Origin: Candidatus Zambryskibacteria bacterium RIFCSPHIGHO2_01_FULL_43_25
GTDB lineage: Bacteria; Patescibacteriota; Minisyncoccia; Phycocordibacterales; Zambryskibacteraceae
DNA length: 64,000 bases
Reading direction: 5' to 3'
NCBI GenBank assembly: GCA_001823695.1
Contig: MHVD01000015.1
Location: forward strand, 2,445 to 66,444
Shown here in pieces: positions 18,469 to 27,612 of the stretch (within the stretch, counting starts at the first letter, position 1; each line of letters starts with the position of its first letter). The position numbers and the translations under genes were made by a program. Under the pieces are notes generated by a model that made no database searches, had not been told where the DNA came from, and saw only the letters and a list, made by a program, of their open reading frames with translations.

Positions 18469-19566
18469 AGAAATTATTCTTACCACTCCATTTTCAGCAT
18501 CCACCTCTACCTTGTTACCGTCTTTTAATATTTCTGTTGCGTTGCCAGTTCCGACGATGCAGGGGATGTTTAATTCTCTGCTCACTATTGCAGCGTGAGA
18601 TAGAAGCCCGCCCTGGTCAGTAATTATTGCTCCGGCCTTCTTGCAAGCCGGCATAAGTTCCGGGGAGGTCGTCTCTGCTACAAGAATGTCTCCGTCATCC
18701 ATTTCATCAAATAATCTTGTTAATATACTAAAATCGGAATAGTAATCTGTGGAGATTACTTTTATTTTTCCTATTGCTTTACCTTTGTTAGCAACCACAC
18801 CCACTATCTCACGTTTCTCTTTCTTAGATTCCTTAATAAATCTAGACACAATTTTCTTAGCGTCTTCTCCCTCAATGTAAGTCATCGCTCCATCTTGTGC
18901 ATACTGGACAAATACCTGTGCGCGGGCGTTGAGTAACTTCTCGGGAACCGCCTCACCGTCAAAAAGTCTTGGCACTTCCTCAACTCTGTACATTTTGAGC
19001 TGTTCAATCGGAACAGAAAATTGTTTGGATATTAAAGTAATCAGTTGGTCAGCATAACCTCCGCTAAAAATCAGCTGATTCAAGTATTGTCGGCCAGCAC
19101 CTTTGATTTCTTCAAAGATTTCAATATTATGAGTGAGCTCTTTTGATGGATTGTGCTCCAATTTCATATATACCCTGTCTGTATAGAAAAATTCAGTTTT
19201 TGAATAGAAGCTAAACATCTCGGAAATAAGGGTAAAAGATTTGACCGCCTCTTCTCTGGTCAGTTGACTCTTTTTGAGCAAAACTTCAAAAAAAATTGTA
19301 GACCGGTCTTTATACTCCTGAAAATCTTTTACGTATTGAGTGAAGAACTTTTCACTACTAAGTAAGGTCAAACCGTCTTGCAGTGTCTTTTCAATGACCT
19401 TTCTTGGCAGATAGCTTGTCCATATTCCGTTTACTCCCATTAGTAAACAGTCAAGGTTTTTATAATGTCCTCCGAAGACATCGGATAAAAGGTACACGAG
19501 GCCTCCTTTTAAGCGGAATAAACGTTGATAATCTTCTGATTTTATATGTGGGAATCCGGCAGTCAT
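18466..19566 (-). CDS. PEP-utilizing-enzyme mobile (His swivel) domain protein with ~270-aa unknown N-domain
   Basis: C-terminal TDQGGLLSHAAIVSRELNIPCIVG matches the swivel phospho-His motif. Confidence 0.65.
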   Translation of the reverse strand: MTAGFPHIKSEDYQRLFRLKGGLVYLLSDVFGGHYKNLDCLLMGVNGIWTSYLPRKVIEKTLQDGLTLLSSEKFFTQYVKDFQEYKDRSTIFFEVLLKKSQLTREEAVKSFTLISEMFSFYSKTEFFYTDRVYMKLEHNPSKELTHNIEIFEEIKGAGRQYLNQLIFSGGYADQLITLISKQFSVPIEQLKMYRVEEVPRLFDGEAVPEKLLNARAQVFVQYAQDGAMTYIEGEDAKKIVSRFIKESKKEKREIVGVVANKGKAIGKIKVISTDYYSDFSILTRLFDEMDDGDILVAETTSPELMPACKKAGAIITDQGGLLSHAAIVSRELNIPCIVGTGNATEILKDGNKVEVDAENGVVRIIS

Positions 19567-19853
19567 GATCTTTTCAGTATTTTTACAACCCCAACATTAG
19601 CATCTACCTCGACTAGGTCGCCATCTTTTAAGACTTGTGTAGCAACCTTGGTGCCAATAATACAAGGTTTATGAAGTTCTCTACTAATTATCGCGGCATG
19701 GCACAAAACACCCCCTTCGTCGGTAATAATAGCTGACACATTTTTAAGTCTCGGTGTAAATTCTGGTGTTGTTTGGGGAGCTACCAAAACTGAATTAACG
19801 GGAATGTTTTGCAAATCTTTTTTTAATAAAACCACCTTTACTATCCCGGTCAC
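19563..19853 (-). CDS. standalone PEP-utilizing-enzyme mobile domain (96 aa)
   Basis: TDEGGVLCHAAIISRELHKPCIIG; start/stop overlap (ATGA) with downstream gene. Confidence 0.6.
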   Translation of the reverse strand: MTGIVKVVLLKKDLQNIPVNSVLVAPQTTPEFTPRLKNVSAIITDEGGVLCHAAIISRELHKPCIIGTKVATQVLKDGDLVEVDANVGVVKILKRS

Positions 19854-19936
19854 TTTTCCTTTATATGCGATATCTCCCTTAATTTCTTTGCTCCCATTTT
19901 TCTCTTGAGTTTGTGGAATTATCCTACGGTACTTAT

Positions 19937-21604
19937 TTAATGCGTTACTGTCAGAGTAAATAATTTGCCTGTTATATATTGTGCAAAGAAGATAATATTT
20001 TGACCTTTTTTTATTTCATTCCAATCAAAATTACCTCCGGACCCCATCAGTTTAATGATTTCGTCTGGCGTTAAAAAATAAAGGAGCCTCTTTTTCACAG
20101 AGAAAGTTTTTGCCAGGTAATTAAACAAATGGGGTAAATATTCCTCGTCAAAAAACAGAAAAGGATTGTGATTTCTGACCTTATTTAGTAGCTTTTCGTT
20201 TTCTTTTAAAAGATTCCGGTATAGAGTATTTTCAATGGCTTTGTCTAAATTAAATACAAAAAGATGATAAGACCAATACCTCAAGTAAAACTTATTAAAT
20301 TTTTTAAATTGATTTATAACCCATTGTTGTGATTTTTTGTCTAGATCGGTATTGATAAAACTTTGTGTCAACTTTATTCGTTGATCAATAATCTTTTTAA
20401 AATTTTTCAAAATACTGACTAATTTACCTTTTTTAACATACTTAATTATTTGATCTTTTACCCGTTGATCATCTTCAAAACTCTTATAACCCTTAAGGAA
20501 AGATTTCTCTGAAAAATAAAACAAACCTTTACTTTTAAACTCAAAAGTAGATTTATAAATACCAGTTTGGACTAAAAATGGATAATATATCGCGGTCAGG
20601 GACATGTCTCTTGATATATGGTTTATATATTGCTGATGAGGTTTTTTGACCTTATCTAATTTATCTAATGTAGTGATCGGTCTGCTTTGGGTAATATAAA
20701 ATTTCCCATTTTCATAAGCCCATTCAATATCGCAAGGAAATCCGTAATGGTTTTCTATTTTTACAATCAGATCAGCCAATTCAAGTATTTGACTTTCCTT
20801 TAAAACTTGAGAAGACGCTTGCGGTTTATAGATTTCTTTCCACTCATTTTCTCCGCTTCTCGATTTATACAGACCTCTCTTTTGAGTATTTACCGTTGTA
20901 TCAATTATTTTTCTTGGTTCCTTTTCAACAACATAAGAATCAGGAGTTATAGCTCCAGATACGATAGCTTCTCCAAGCCCAAAGCCAGCTTCGATAATGA
21001 GTTGATTTCTATCTTCTGTAATCGGATGGACTGAAAATGCTACCCCCGATACTTCCGACTGAACCATCTTCTGCACTACAACAGCTACAGAAATATCCGT
21101 GCCGTGAAGTTCTTTCTCAAAGCGATAAAAGATTGCCCTCGGAGTAAAGAGAGAAGACCAGCATTTCTTAACTTTATCGAGCAAGTCATCTTCCGTGGTG
21201 TTCAAATAGCTCTCAAGTTGACCCGCCCAAGCGTGCTCTGTTCCGTCTTCGGCCGTAGCAGAGGATCGGACAGCGACAAATTCTGTTTTAAGGAATTCGA
21301 ACTCTTTTTTAATCTCGTTACAGATATCAGATAGAATCTTCTGTTTTTCTATAAGTCCTCGTATTTTTTCTGAAGCTCTCTCAACAGTGTGAATTGCTTT
21401 ATGATCGACTGTCTTTAGAATTGCATCAATCTCCTGGGTTAAATCAGTCTCGTGGAGAAAGTGGTCAAAGGTGGCTGAGAGGATTACAAAACCATTGGGA
21501 ACAGGAATTCCGACCCGTGTCATTTCACCCAAAGAGGCACCCTTGCCGCCTGCCTTGTCGGCGTCTTTTTTAGTCAGCTTACTAAAAGGAGAGGTATATT
21601 TCAT
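19937..21604 (-). CDS. PEP synthase / pyruvate phosphate dikinase N-terminal ATP-grasp domain protein with C-terminal extension
   Basis: N-terminal ~330 aa match PPDK_N nucleotide-binding domain (KAGGKGASLGEM..., VAVRSSATAEDG); no swivel or TIM-barrel domain in same ORF. Confidence 0.7.
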   Translation of the reverse strand: MKYTSPFSKLTKKDADKAGGKGASLGEMTRVGIPVPNGFVILSATFDHFLHETDLTQEIDAILKTVDHKAIHTVERASEKIRGLIEKQKILSDICNEIKKEFEFLKTEFVAVRSSATAEDGTEHAWAGQLESYLNTTEDDLLDKVKKCWSSLFTPRAIFYRFEKELHGTDISVAVVVQKMVQSEVSGVAFSVHPITEDRNQLIIEAGFGLGEAIVSGAITPDSYVVEKEPRKIIDTTVNTQKRGLYKSRSGENEWKEIYKPQASSQVLKESQILELADLIVKIENHYGFPCDIEWAYENGKFYITQSRPITTLDKLDKVKKPHQQYINHISRDMSLTAIYYPFLVQTGIYKSTFEFKSKGLFYFSEKSFLKGYKSFEDDQRVKDQIIKYVKKGKLVSILKNFKKIIDQRIKLTQSFINTDLDKKSQQWVINQFKKFNKFYLRYWSYHLFVFNLDKAIENTLYRNLLKENEKLLNKVRNHNPFLFFDEEYLPHLFNYLAKTFSVKKRLLYFLTPDEIIKLMGSGGNFDWNEIKKGQNIIFFAQYITGKLFTLTVTH

Positions 21605-21662
21605 TGTCTTAATTTAGCATTTTTACACCTTTTTACAATTTTGGATTAGTAAGGTGCTAGAT

Positions 21663-21701
21663 CCCGTCGAAGTCTTCGGACTTCGGCGGGGTTTTGTTTT
21701 T
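21663..21701 (+). terminator. orphan terminator-like hairpin CCCGTCGAAGTC-TTCG-GACTTCGGCGGG + TTTTGTTTTT
   Basis: No + strand gene upstream; lies in divergent intergenic region. Confidence 0.3.
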
Positions 21702-21802
21702 CTGGCGACGACGATTTTTTGGTATTTTTTGATGGATTTATCTTGGCTAGGTTTAAGGAGATTTGAAACTTTTGCACACCTGTGGATAACAGGGTATAGG
21801 AG

Positions 21803-21846
21803 GTGGGAATAAGTGTTATATACTATTAGTCAAGTGGGAAGAAGTG
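21803..21846 (+). promoter_or_regulatory. direct repeats GTGGGAATAAGTG / GTGGGAAGAAGTG upstream of mraZ (candidate MraZ boxes)
   Basis: Two 13-nt repeats 31 bp apart. Confidence 0.3.
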
Positions 21847-21878
21847 GTAAAAAACAAACGAGCATAACGAGTATTGTT

Positions 21879-21986
21879 TTTACCACCCAGCACTTATTTT
21901 CCACACCAAACTTTGCATGAGGTTTGCTGCCATACCTGCAAAGTCGCGACTATTTTAAAAAATTGTAAGTGCTGGGTGGAGATTTT
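21879..21986 (+). repeat. inverted-repeat element (family b): CCACCCAGCACTTA ... TAAGTGCTGGGTGG
   Basis: 14-bp perfect arms; paralog of 7361-7460. Confidence 0.45.
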
Positions 21987-22019
21987 CTAAGTTTGCTTCA
22001 CTCACTAAGAAAATCACCC

Positions 22020-22454
22020 ATGTTTATAGGCGAGTATACACATACAGTAGACGAGAAGAAGCGCATCTCTCTGCCGTCGAAGTTCCGCAAGGAACTCGGC
22101 AAAAAAATCGTTGTTACCCACGGGTTGGACAACTGTTTGCTTGTTTATTCGCTTAGGTCGTGGGGCGAGATTGCTCAAAAGCTTGGTTCTCTTCCCATGG
22201 GGCAACGCGATACCAGAGGCTTCGGCCGGTTCATGCTTGCCGGCGCAGTGGAGATGGACGTGGATTCAATTGGTCGAATTTTGGTTCCGGAATTCTTGCG
22301 TGATTACGCTGACTTAAAAACCAAAGTGGTATTTGCCGGTGTCTATGACCGCATTGAAATTTGGAACGACAGGCAGTGGGTCCTGTATAAGAAGCGAATC
22401 GAGAAGGATGCCGATGGCATGGCGGAGAAATTGGGCGAAATCGGCGTGTTTTAA
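22020..22454 (+). CDS. mraZ: transcriptional regulator MraZ
   Basis: MFIGEYTHTVDEKKRISLPSKFR signature; first gene of dcw cluster. Confidence 0.85.
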   Translation: MFIGEYTHTVDEKKRISLPSKFRKELGKKIVVTHGLDNCLLVYSLRSWGEIAQKLGSLPMGQRDTRGFGRFMLAGAVEMDVDSIGRILVPEFLRDYADLKTKVVFAGVYDRIEIWNDRQWVLYKKRIEKDADGMAEKLGEIGVF

Positions 22455-22476
22455 ACCCCAATTTCCAACAAGTTCC

Positions 22477-23397
22477 ATGAGCCATATCCCAGTTCTTTTA
22501 AATGAAGCAACAGAGGGCTTGGAGATTGCTGCTGGCGACGTGTTCGTTGATGCCACACTCGGCGCGGGCGGACACACTGAAGAAGTGTGCCGACTGTTCG
22601 GCCGAAGCGTCCGACTGATAGCGGTTGACCGAGACCAAGGCGCAATTGAGAGAAGTAGAAAAAGACTTGCCCAGTATCCTTGCGACGTAGTTTACGTAAA
22701 CGACAATTTCAGGAATTTCTCGACGATACTGAACGACTTGTCTATGCCGGCGGTGGACAAAGTTTTGTTTGACCTCGGCTTCTCATCCGACCAACTGGTG
22801 CCGCCGGAAGAATTGGAGGACGAAGAGGGGAGGGGGTTTTCTTTTCAAAGGGACGAACCGCTTCTCATGACTTACGAAAGAGATCCGTCTGCCAGTTCTC
22901 TCACCGCGAAGGAAATAGTCAACGAATGGCCGGAAGAGAAATTGGCAGAGCTTCTGCGGGAGCTGGGGGAAGAGAAGTTTGCAAACCGAATTGCCGGAGC
23001 GATAGTTCTCCGCCGCAAGGAAAGAAACATAGAGACAAGCGGAGATCTGGCAAATGTTGTGAAGCAGGCAGTCCCGCCGAATTATGAAAGAGGCAGAATC
23101 CACCCGGCTACCAGAACTTTCCAAGCATTGCGGATCGCTGTCAATGGCGAACTTACTGCTCTCTCCGAAGCCCTGAAGGCCGCATGGAAGAGACTAAACC
23201 CGCAAGGCAGAATCGCAGTCATCAGCTTTAACAGTCTGGAAGACAGAATAGTCAAACGATATTTTAAAGAATTGAGCACACAGGGCGGGGAACTGATTGT
23301 AAAGAAGCCGATTACGGCAAGTGGCGACGAAATCAAGGCAAACCCTCGCGCCAGAAGCGCAAAGTTGCGAATTATTAAAAAAGAGAAATTTTCATGA
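22477..23397 (+). CDS. rsmH: 16S rRNA m4C1402 methyltransferase RsmH (MraW)
   Basis: HIPVLL...DATLGAGGH SAM-binding signature; start placed at MSHIPVLL. Confidence 0.85.
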   Translation: MSHIPVLLNEATEGLEIAAGDVFVDATLGAGGHTEEVCRLFGRSVRLIAVDRDQGAIERSRKRLAQYPCDVVYVNDNFRNFSTILNDLSMPAVDKVLFDLGFSSDQLVPPEELEDEEGRGFSFQRDEPLLMTYERDPSASSLTAKEIVNEWPEEKLAELLRELGEEKFANRIAGAIVLRRKERNIETSGDLANVVKQAVPPNYERGRIHPATRTFQALRIAVNGELTALSEALKAAWKRLNPQGRIAVISFNSLEDRIVKRYFKELSTQGGELIVKKPITASGDEIKANPRARSAKLRIIKKEKFS

Positions 23398-23714
23398 GAG
23401 TAAATACTGCGGTACTTAAAGATACGAGAGTAATATTTTGGGGCATCGCCTGCCTTACTGCCGGCCTTGCGGTTTTTTATATCTTGGGCATCAACCAAAC
23501 AGTGAGAAATGTCGCTGAACGGCAGATTCTTGAGACTGAACTGTCCTCCATTTCAAACAAAATAGCAGAGTTGGAATTTTCATACATTGCGCTAAAAAAT
23601 AATATAACAATTAATACGGCTTTTGAGCTCGGCTTTGAACAGGTTAAAGAAGTTGTCTATGTCTCAAGGAAGCCAGCCGTTGCCTTCGCTTCAACTTTTC
23701 CTCAAACTCCATAG
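23394..23714 (+). CDS. ftsL: cell division protein FtsL-like
   Basis: 106 aa, one TM + coiled coil, between rsmH and ftsI. Confidence 0.5.
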   Translation: MRVNTAVLKDTRVIFWGIACLTAGLAVFYILGINQTVRNVAERQILETELSSISNKIAELEFSYIALKNNITINTAFELGFEQVKEVVYVSRKPAVAFASTFPQTP

Positions 23715-23720
23715 CAACAA

Positions 23721-23943
23721 TACTGTATAATTTCTAACGGGATGAATCCCGTAAGAAATAGGAAATACTCCCTAGAAAGAAATTAAAACGGGGATTAAAG
23801 TTAATTATTTAAAAAAAGCCAAAATATTGGTTGCGATGCATAAGTATTTCCGTAATTAAACGGTTTCCGTTGTGCTAACACAACGAGTAAGGGTGATATG
23901 AACGGAGTTTTACAAGATAAACTGCATAATTTCTAACGGGATG
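23721..23943 (+). repeat. start-codon-abutting element (family g) copy 1
   Basis: 5' end ...ATGAATCCCGTAAGAAATAGGAAAT, 3' end TTTACAAGATAAACTGCATAATTTCTAACGGG fused to ftsI ATG. Confidence 0.65.
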
Positions 23944-25653
23944 AAACAACAGTCAGTACGGAGAATCCGAATAATTTCCACTGGCATCTTTTTGTTTGCT
24001 ATGGTGCTTGTCAGCAGACTCTATTTTCTTCAAATAGTTTCGGGGGATGAACTTGCCGGCAGGGCCGACAGGCAGTACGTCCAGTCAAGCTACGATTACT
24101 TCAACCGCGGCTCCGTTTTTCTTACCAGCAAAACCGGTGAAAAGGTCTCTGCGGCAACGTTAAAGACCGGCTTCATCGTGGCGCTAAATCCGAAACTGAT
24201 TGAAGACCCGGAGATGTTGTATAACACGCTTTTACCTTTGATTTCAATTGAAAACAGGGAGGCCTTTCTTGAGAAAGCGGAAAAGTCTGACGATACGTAC
24301 GAACAAATAGCTCAAAAAATTCCAAAAGAAATTGCTGACGAGATTTCAGCTCTAAAAATACCCGGAGTTTCCATATATAAACAAAGATGGAGATATTATC
24401 CCGGCAACACTCTGGCGGCGCACACATTGGGCTTTATTGCATACAAGGAGGACGAATTGGCCGGAAGGTACGGCCTTGAGAGATATTATGAAGATACGCT
24501 GAATCGCAACAACGACTCGGTGTTTGTTAATTTCTTCGCAGAAATTTTTTCCAATGTTGAAAGCGGGGTGTCCGACGAAAAAAAATTGGAAGGAGACATC
24601 GTAACGAGCATTGAGCCGACAGTCGAGGCCTTTCTTGAGGAGGAGCTTCGTAAAATAAACGAGAAGTGGTCGTCCCAATATTCGGGAGGCATCATTATCA
24701 ATCCGATGAATGGCGAAATTTACGCGATGGCCATTAATCCAACCTTTGACCCAAACAGCATCGGAAGCGCCAAAAATTCCGATATCTTCAAGAATCATCT
24801 CGTTGAGAGCGTGTATGAGATGGGCTCTATCATAAAACCTCTAACCATTGCCGCCGGTCTGGACGCGGGAGCCATAACCGCCAAGTCCACATACTTTGAC
24901 GCCGGCTTTCTGACTCTCAACAACAAAACAATATCAAACTACGACGGTAGGGGGAGGGGACTGGTTTCTATGCAGGAGGTGCTCAATCAATCCCTCAACA
25001 CCGGCGCCGCCTTTGCAGTCAGCGCCATGGGCAAGGGGACTTTTGCCAAATATATGTTTGATTTCGGAGTGGCTGAAGAGACCGGCATTGACCTGCCGAA
25101 CGAGACTCACGGTCTTGTAGAGAACCTGAAAAGTCCACGCGATATTGAATACGCTACTGCTTCCTATGGCCAGGGTATGGCGCTCACCCCGATAGAAACC
25201 GTTCGCGCCATGGCGGCGCTTGGTAATGGCGGGATGCTCGTGAATCCCCACATTGTAACGAAAATAGATTACTCAATCGGCGGAGGCAAGAAAATTGTGC
25301 CCAATCCAAGTAAACAAGTTCTTACCAAAGAAACCTCCGAAGAGATTACCAGAATGTTGGTTCATGTGGTTGATAACGCGCTTCTCAACGGCCAAGCGAA
25401 AATTCCCAATTACAGCGTGGCGGCAAAAACGGGTACAGCCCAAGTTGCCAATCCCGAAGGCGGAGGATACTATACGGATGTGTTCCTTCACTCATTTTTC
25501 GGTTATTTTCCGGCTTATAATCCGCAATTCCTGGTGTTTCTGTACACTTTTGACCCCAAAGAGGTGAAATATGCTTCGGAAACGCTCACTGTCTCTTTCC
25601 TTGATATAACCAAATTTTTAATAAATTATTATGAAATACCGCCCGACCGTTAA
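23941..25653 (+). CDS. ftsI: peptidoglycan D,D-transpeptidase FtsI (PBP3-like)
   Basis: SIIKP (SxxK) transpeptidase motif; dcw position. Confidence 0.85.
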   Translation: MKQQSVRRIRIISTGIFLFAMVLVSRLYFLQIVSGDELAGRADRQYVQSSYDYFNRGSVFLTSKTGEKVSAATLKTGFIVALNPKLIEDPEMLYNTLLPLISIENREAFLEKAEKSDDTYEQIAQKIPKEIADEISALKIPGVSIYKQRWRYYPGNTLAAHTLGFIAYKEDELAGRYGLERYYEDTLNRNNDSVFVNFFAEIFSNVESGVSDEKKLEGDIVTSIEPTVEAFLEEELRKINEKWSSQYSGGIIINPMNGEIYAMAINPTFDPNSIGSAKNSDIFKNHLVESVYEMGSIIKPLTIAAGLDAGAITAKSTYFDAGFLTLNNKTISNYDGRGRGLVSMQEVLNQSLNTGAAFAVSAMGKGTFAKYMFDFGVAEETGIDLPNETHGLVENLKSPRDIEYATASYGQGMALTPIETVRAMAALGNGGMLVNPHIVTKIDYSIGGGKKIVPNPSKQVLTKETSEEITRMLVHVVDNALLNGQAKIPNYSVAAKTGTAQVANPEGGGYYTDVFLHSFFGYFPAYNPQFLVFLYTFDPKEVKYASETLTVSFLDITKFLINYYEIPPDR

Positions 25654-25692
25654 TCGTATAACATGTAACTTATAACACAAAACTTACAAAAC

Positions 25693-25911
25693 CAATTTCT
25701 TACGGAATGAATCCCGTTAGAAATAGGAAATGCCAATAAACAAAAATTAGATATAAACAAGTCATGACTTTACTCGAAAAAGAAGCGGGGATAAGAAACT
25801 GGAGCTCAGGCATTTCCGTTGAAGAAAATGACTTTAGCCGTATTAATATAAGATGTATCGGTATGTCCAAATTGGCTTTACAAAATTAACTCATGGATTT
25901 CTTACGGGATG
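25693..25911 (+). repeat. start-codon-abutting element (family g) copy 2
   Basis: Same terminal sequences as copy 1, variable interior; 3' end fused to murF ATG. Confidence 0.65.
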
Positions 25912-27210
25912 AAGCAAATTTTTAAGAAAATAATAGTTGCCGTGCTGACTTGGGAGGCGCGTCTTGTGTTGGCAAAATATAAGCCGAAAATTGTTGCTGT
26001 CACGGGAAGCGTCGGCAAGACGGGAAGCAAGGACGCCATATATTGTGTTTTGTCCAAATTCTTTTTTGTCCGTAAGAGTGAAAAAAGCTTCAACAGCGAA
26101 ATCGGAGTACCGCTGGCCATCCTAGGTTTACCAAATGCATGGAGCAATCCACTCCTGTGGCTGACGAATCTATCGGAAGGGCTCATACTTATTTTGTTTA
26201 AAGCTAGATACCCGCAATGGCTTGTTCTTGAAGTTGGTGCGGACAGACCGGGAGATATTGCTGGAATTGCAAGGTGGCTTCGGCCGGACATTGTGGCCGT
26301 AACGAGGCTAGGCAAGACCCCAGTCCACATTGAATTTTTTGAATCAGCGGAGGAGCTCTTCAAAGAGAAGCGTTCTCTTATAAAATATCTTAAACCGGAA
26401 GGGTCGCTGGTTCTCAATTATGATGATGAGGATGTGCGCAAATTTTCCGAAAACTTCTCCGGAAATATAAAGTACTTCGGCCTAGAAACGCAGGCGGATA
26501 TCTTTGGTTCATATTATGAAATTAATTACAAAGAAAAATCAGGAATAAAAATTCCTGCCGGATTTTCATACAAGGCGGATGCAAGTGGTTTGGTAAAAAC
26601 CGTATCGGTGAATGGCTGCATAGGAAGGCAGTATATGTACGCTACTCTTTGTGCGTTGGCTGTAGGGCTTGCTCTTAAGCTTGACCTGCATGAAATGACG
26701 CAGGCATTAAGCGAGTTTGATCCGCCTCGGGGCAGAATGAACCTGATTTCCGGAATAAGAGATAGTCTTGTCATTGACGATTCGTACAATTCTTCGCCCG
26801 TAGCTCTTATGGAAGCGCTGGAGAGTCTAAAGTTTATTAAATCCTCCGGCAGGAAAATTGCGGTTCTGGGAGATATGCTTGAACTCGGGACCCATACGGT
26901 TGATGCCCACAGAGAGGCGGGAGAAAAGGCGGGGCAATTCTGCGATATTCTTGCTACGGTTGGATTGCGGGCGCAGAATATCGCGATGGGCGCAATTGAA
27001 GCTGGGATGAAAGACAAAAATATATTTCAATACGAGAATTCGCGCGAAGCCGGAAAGAAACTGAAATCCAAAATCGCCGAGGGTGATATTGTTTTAATAA
27101 AAGGTTCGCAGGGTGTCAGGATGGAGAGAGTGGTTGAGGCGGTGATGGCGCATCCTGAAAATAAGGAGAAAATCTTGGTGAGACAGGATGAGGAGTGGAA
27201 AAACAGATAA
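25909..27210 (+). CDS. murF: UDP-MurNAc-tripeptide--D-Ala-D-Ala ligase MurF
   Basis: Mur ligase P-loop VTGSVGKTGSK; dcw position. Confidence 0.8.
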   Translation: MKQIFKKIIVAVLTWEARLVLAKYKPKIVAVTGSVGKTGSKDAIYCVLSKFFFVRKSEKSFNSEIGVPLAILGLPNAWSNPLLWLTNLSEGLILILFKARYPQWLVLEVGADRPGDIAGIARWLRPDIVAVTRLGKTPVHIEFFESAEELFKEKRSLIKYLKPEGSLVLNYDDEDVRKFSENFSGNIKYFGLETQADIFGSYYEINYKEKSGIKIPAGFSYKADASGLVKTVSVNGCIGRQYMYATLCALAVGLALKLDLHEMTQALSEFDPPRGRMNLISGIRDSLVIDDSYNSSPVALMEALESLKFIKSSGRKIAVLGDMLELGTHTVDAHREAGEKAGQFCDILATVGLRAQNIAMGAIEAGMKDKNIFQYENSREAGKKLKSKIAEGDIVLIKGSQGVRMERVVEAVMAHPENKEKILVRQDEEWKNR

Positions 27211-27253
27211 ATTTATAATTGACTTAATTAATCTAATTTCTAAATAGGATAAT

Positions 27254-27520
27254 ATGGAAAATAAAAATCTAAATGATGATAATGATTTAGTTGATAGGAA
27301 TGCAAAGAGGATGAAAGAATCTTCTAGTAAGAATCTTTCTGTAAAAAAACACCAGAGCCAAGTTCACTTGGCTTTTATTGGGGCAGTTGGTATCGTTTTG
27401 GGTGTATTTGTGGATAGTATCTTAAAACTTACAAATAACCTGTCTACTTGGGTGGTTATCGTAATCGGACTAATTTTGATGATTGCAACTGGACTATTGC
27501 TACAGAATTTGAGCAGGTAG
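27254..27520 (+). CDS. small membrane protein (88 aa)
   Basis: Two C-terminal TM helices; no motif. Confidence 0.3.
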   Translation: MENKNLNDDNDLVDRNAKRMKESSSKNLSVKKHQSQVHLAFIGAVGIVLGVFVDSILKLTNNLSTWVVIVIGLILMIATGLLLQNLSR

Positions 27521-27525
27521 AAGAG

Positions 27526-27560
27526 GGGAATTAAGAATCTGGAATAAGGAATAAAAAAAC
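27526..27560 (+). repeat. stop-codon-adjacent GGAATAAGGAAT-type tandem repeat (family f)
   Basis: GGGGAATTAAGAATCTGGAATAAGGAATAAAAAAAC. Confidence 0.4.
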
Positions 27561-27599
27561 ACCCCCCAACGTCCCATTAATACGGGAGTCGGGGGGTGT
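27551..27599 (-). terminator. intrinsic terminator ACACCCCCC...GGGGGGTGT with T-run on - strand
   Basis: Shares TACGGGAGTCGGGG core with terminator at 43137-43188. Confidence 0.55.
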
Positions 27600-27612
27600 A
27601 ATGCTGGGAGGT

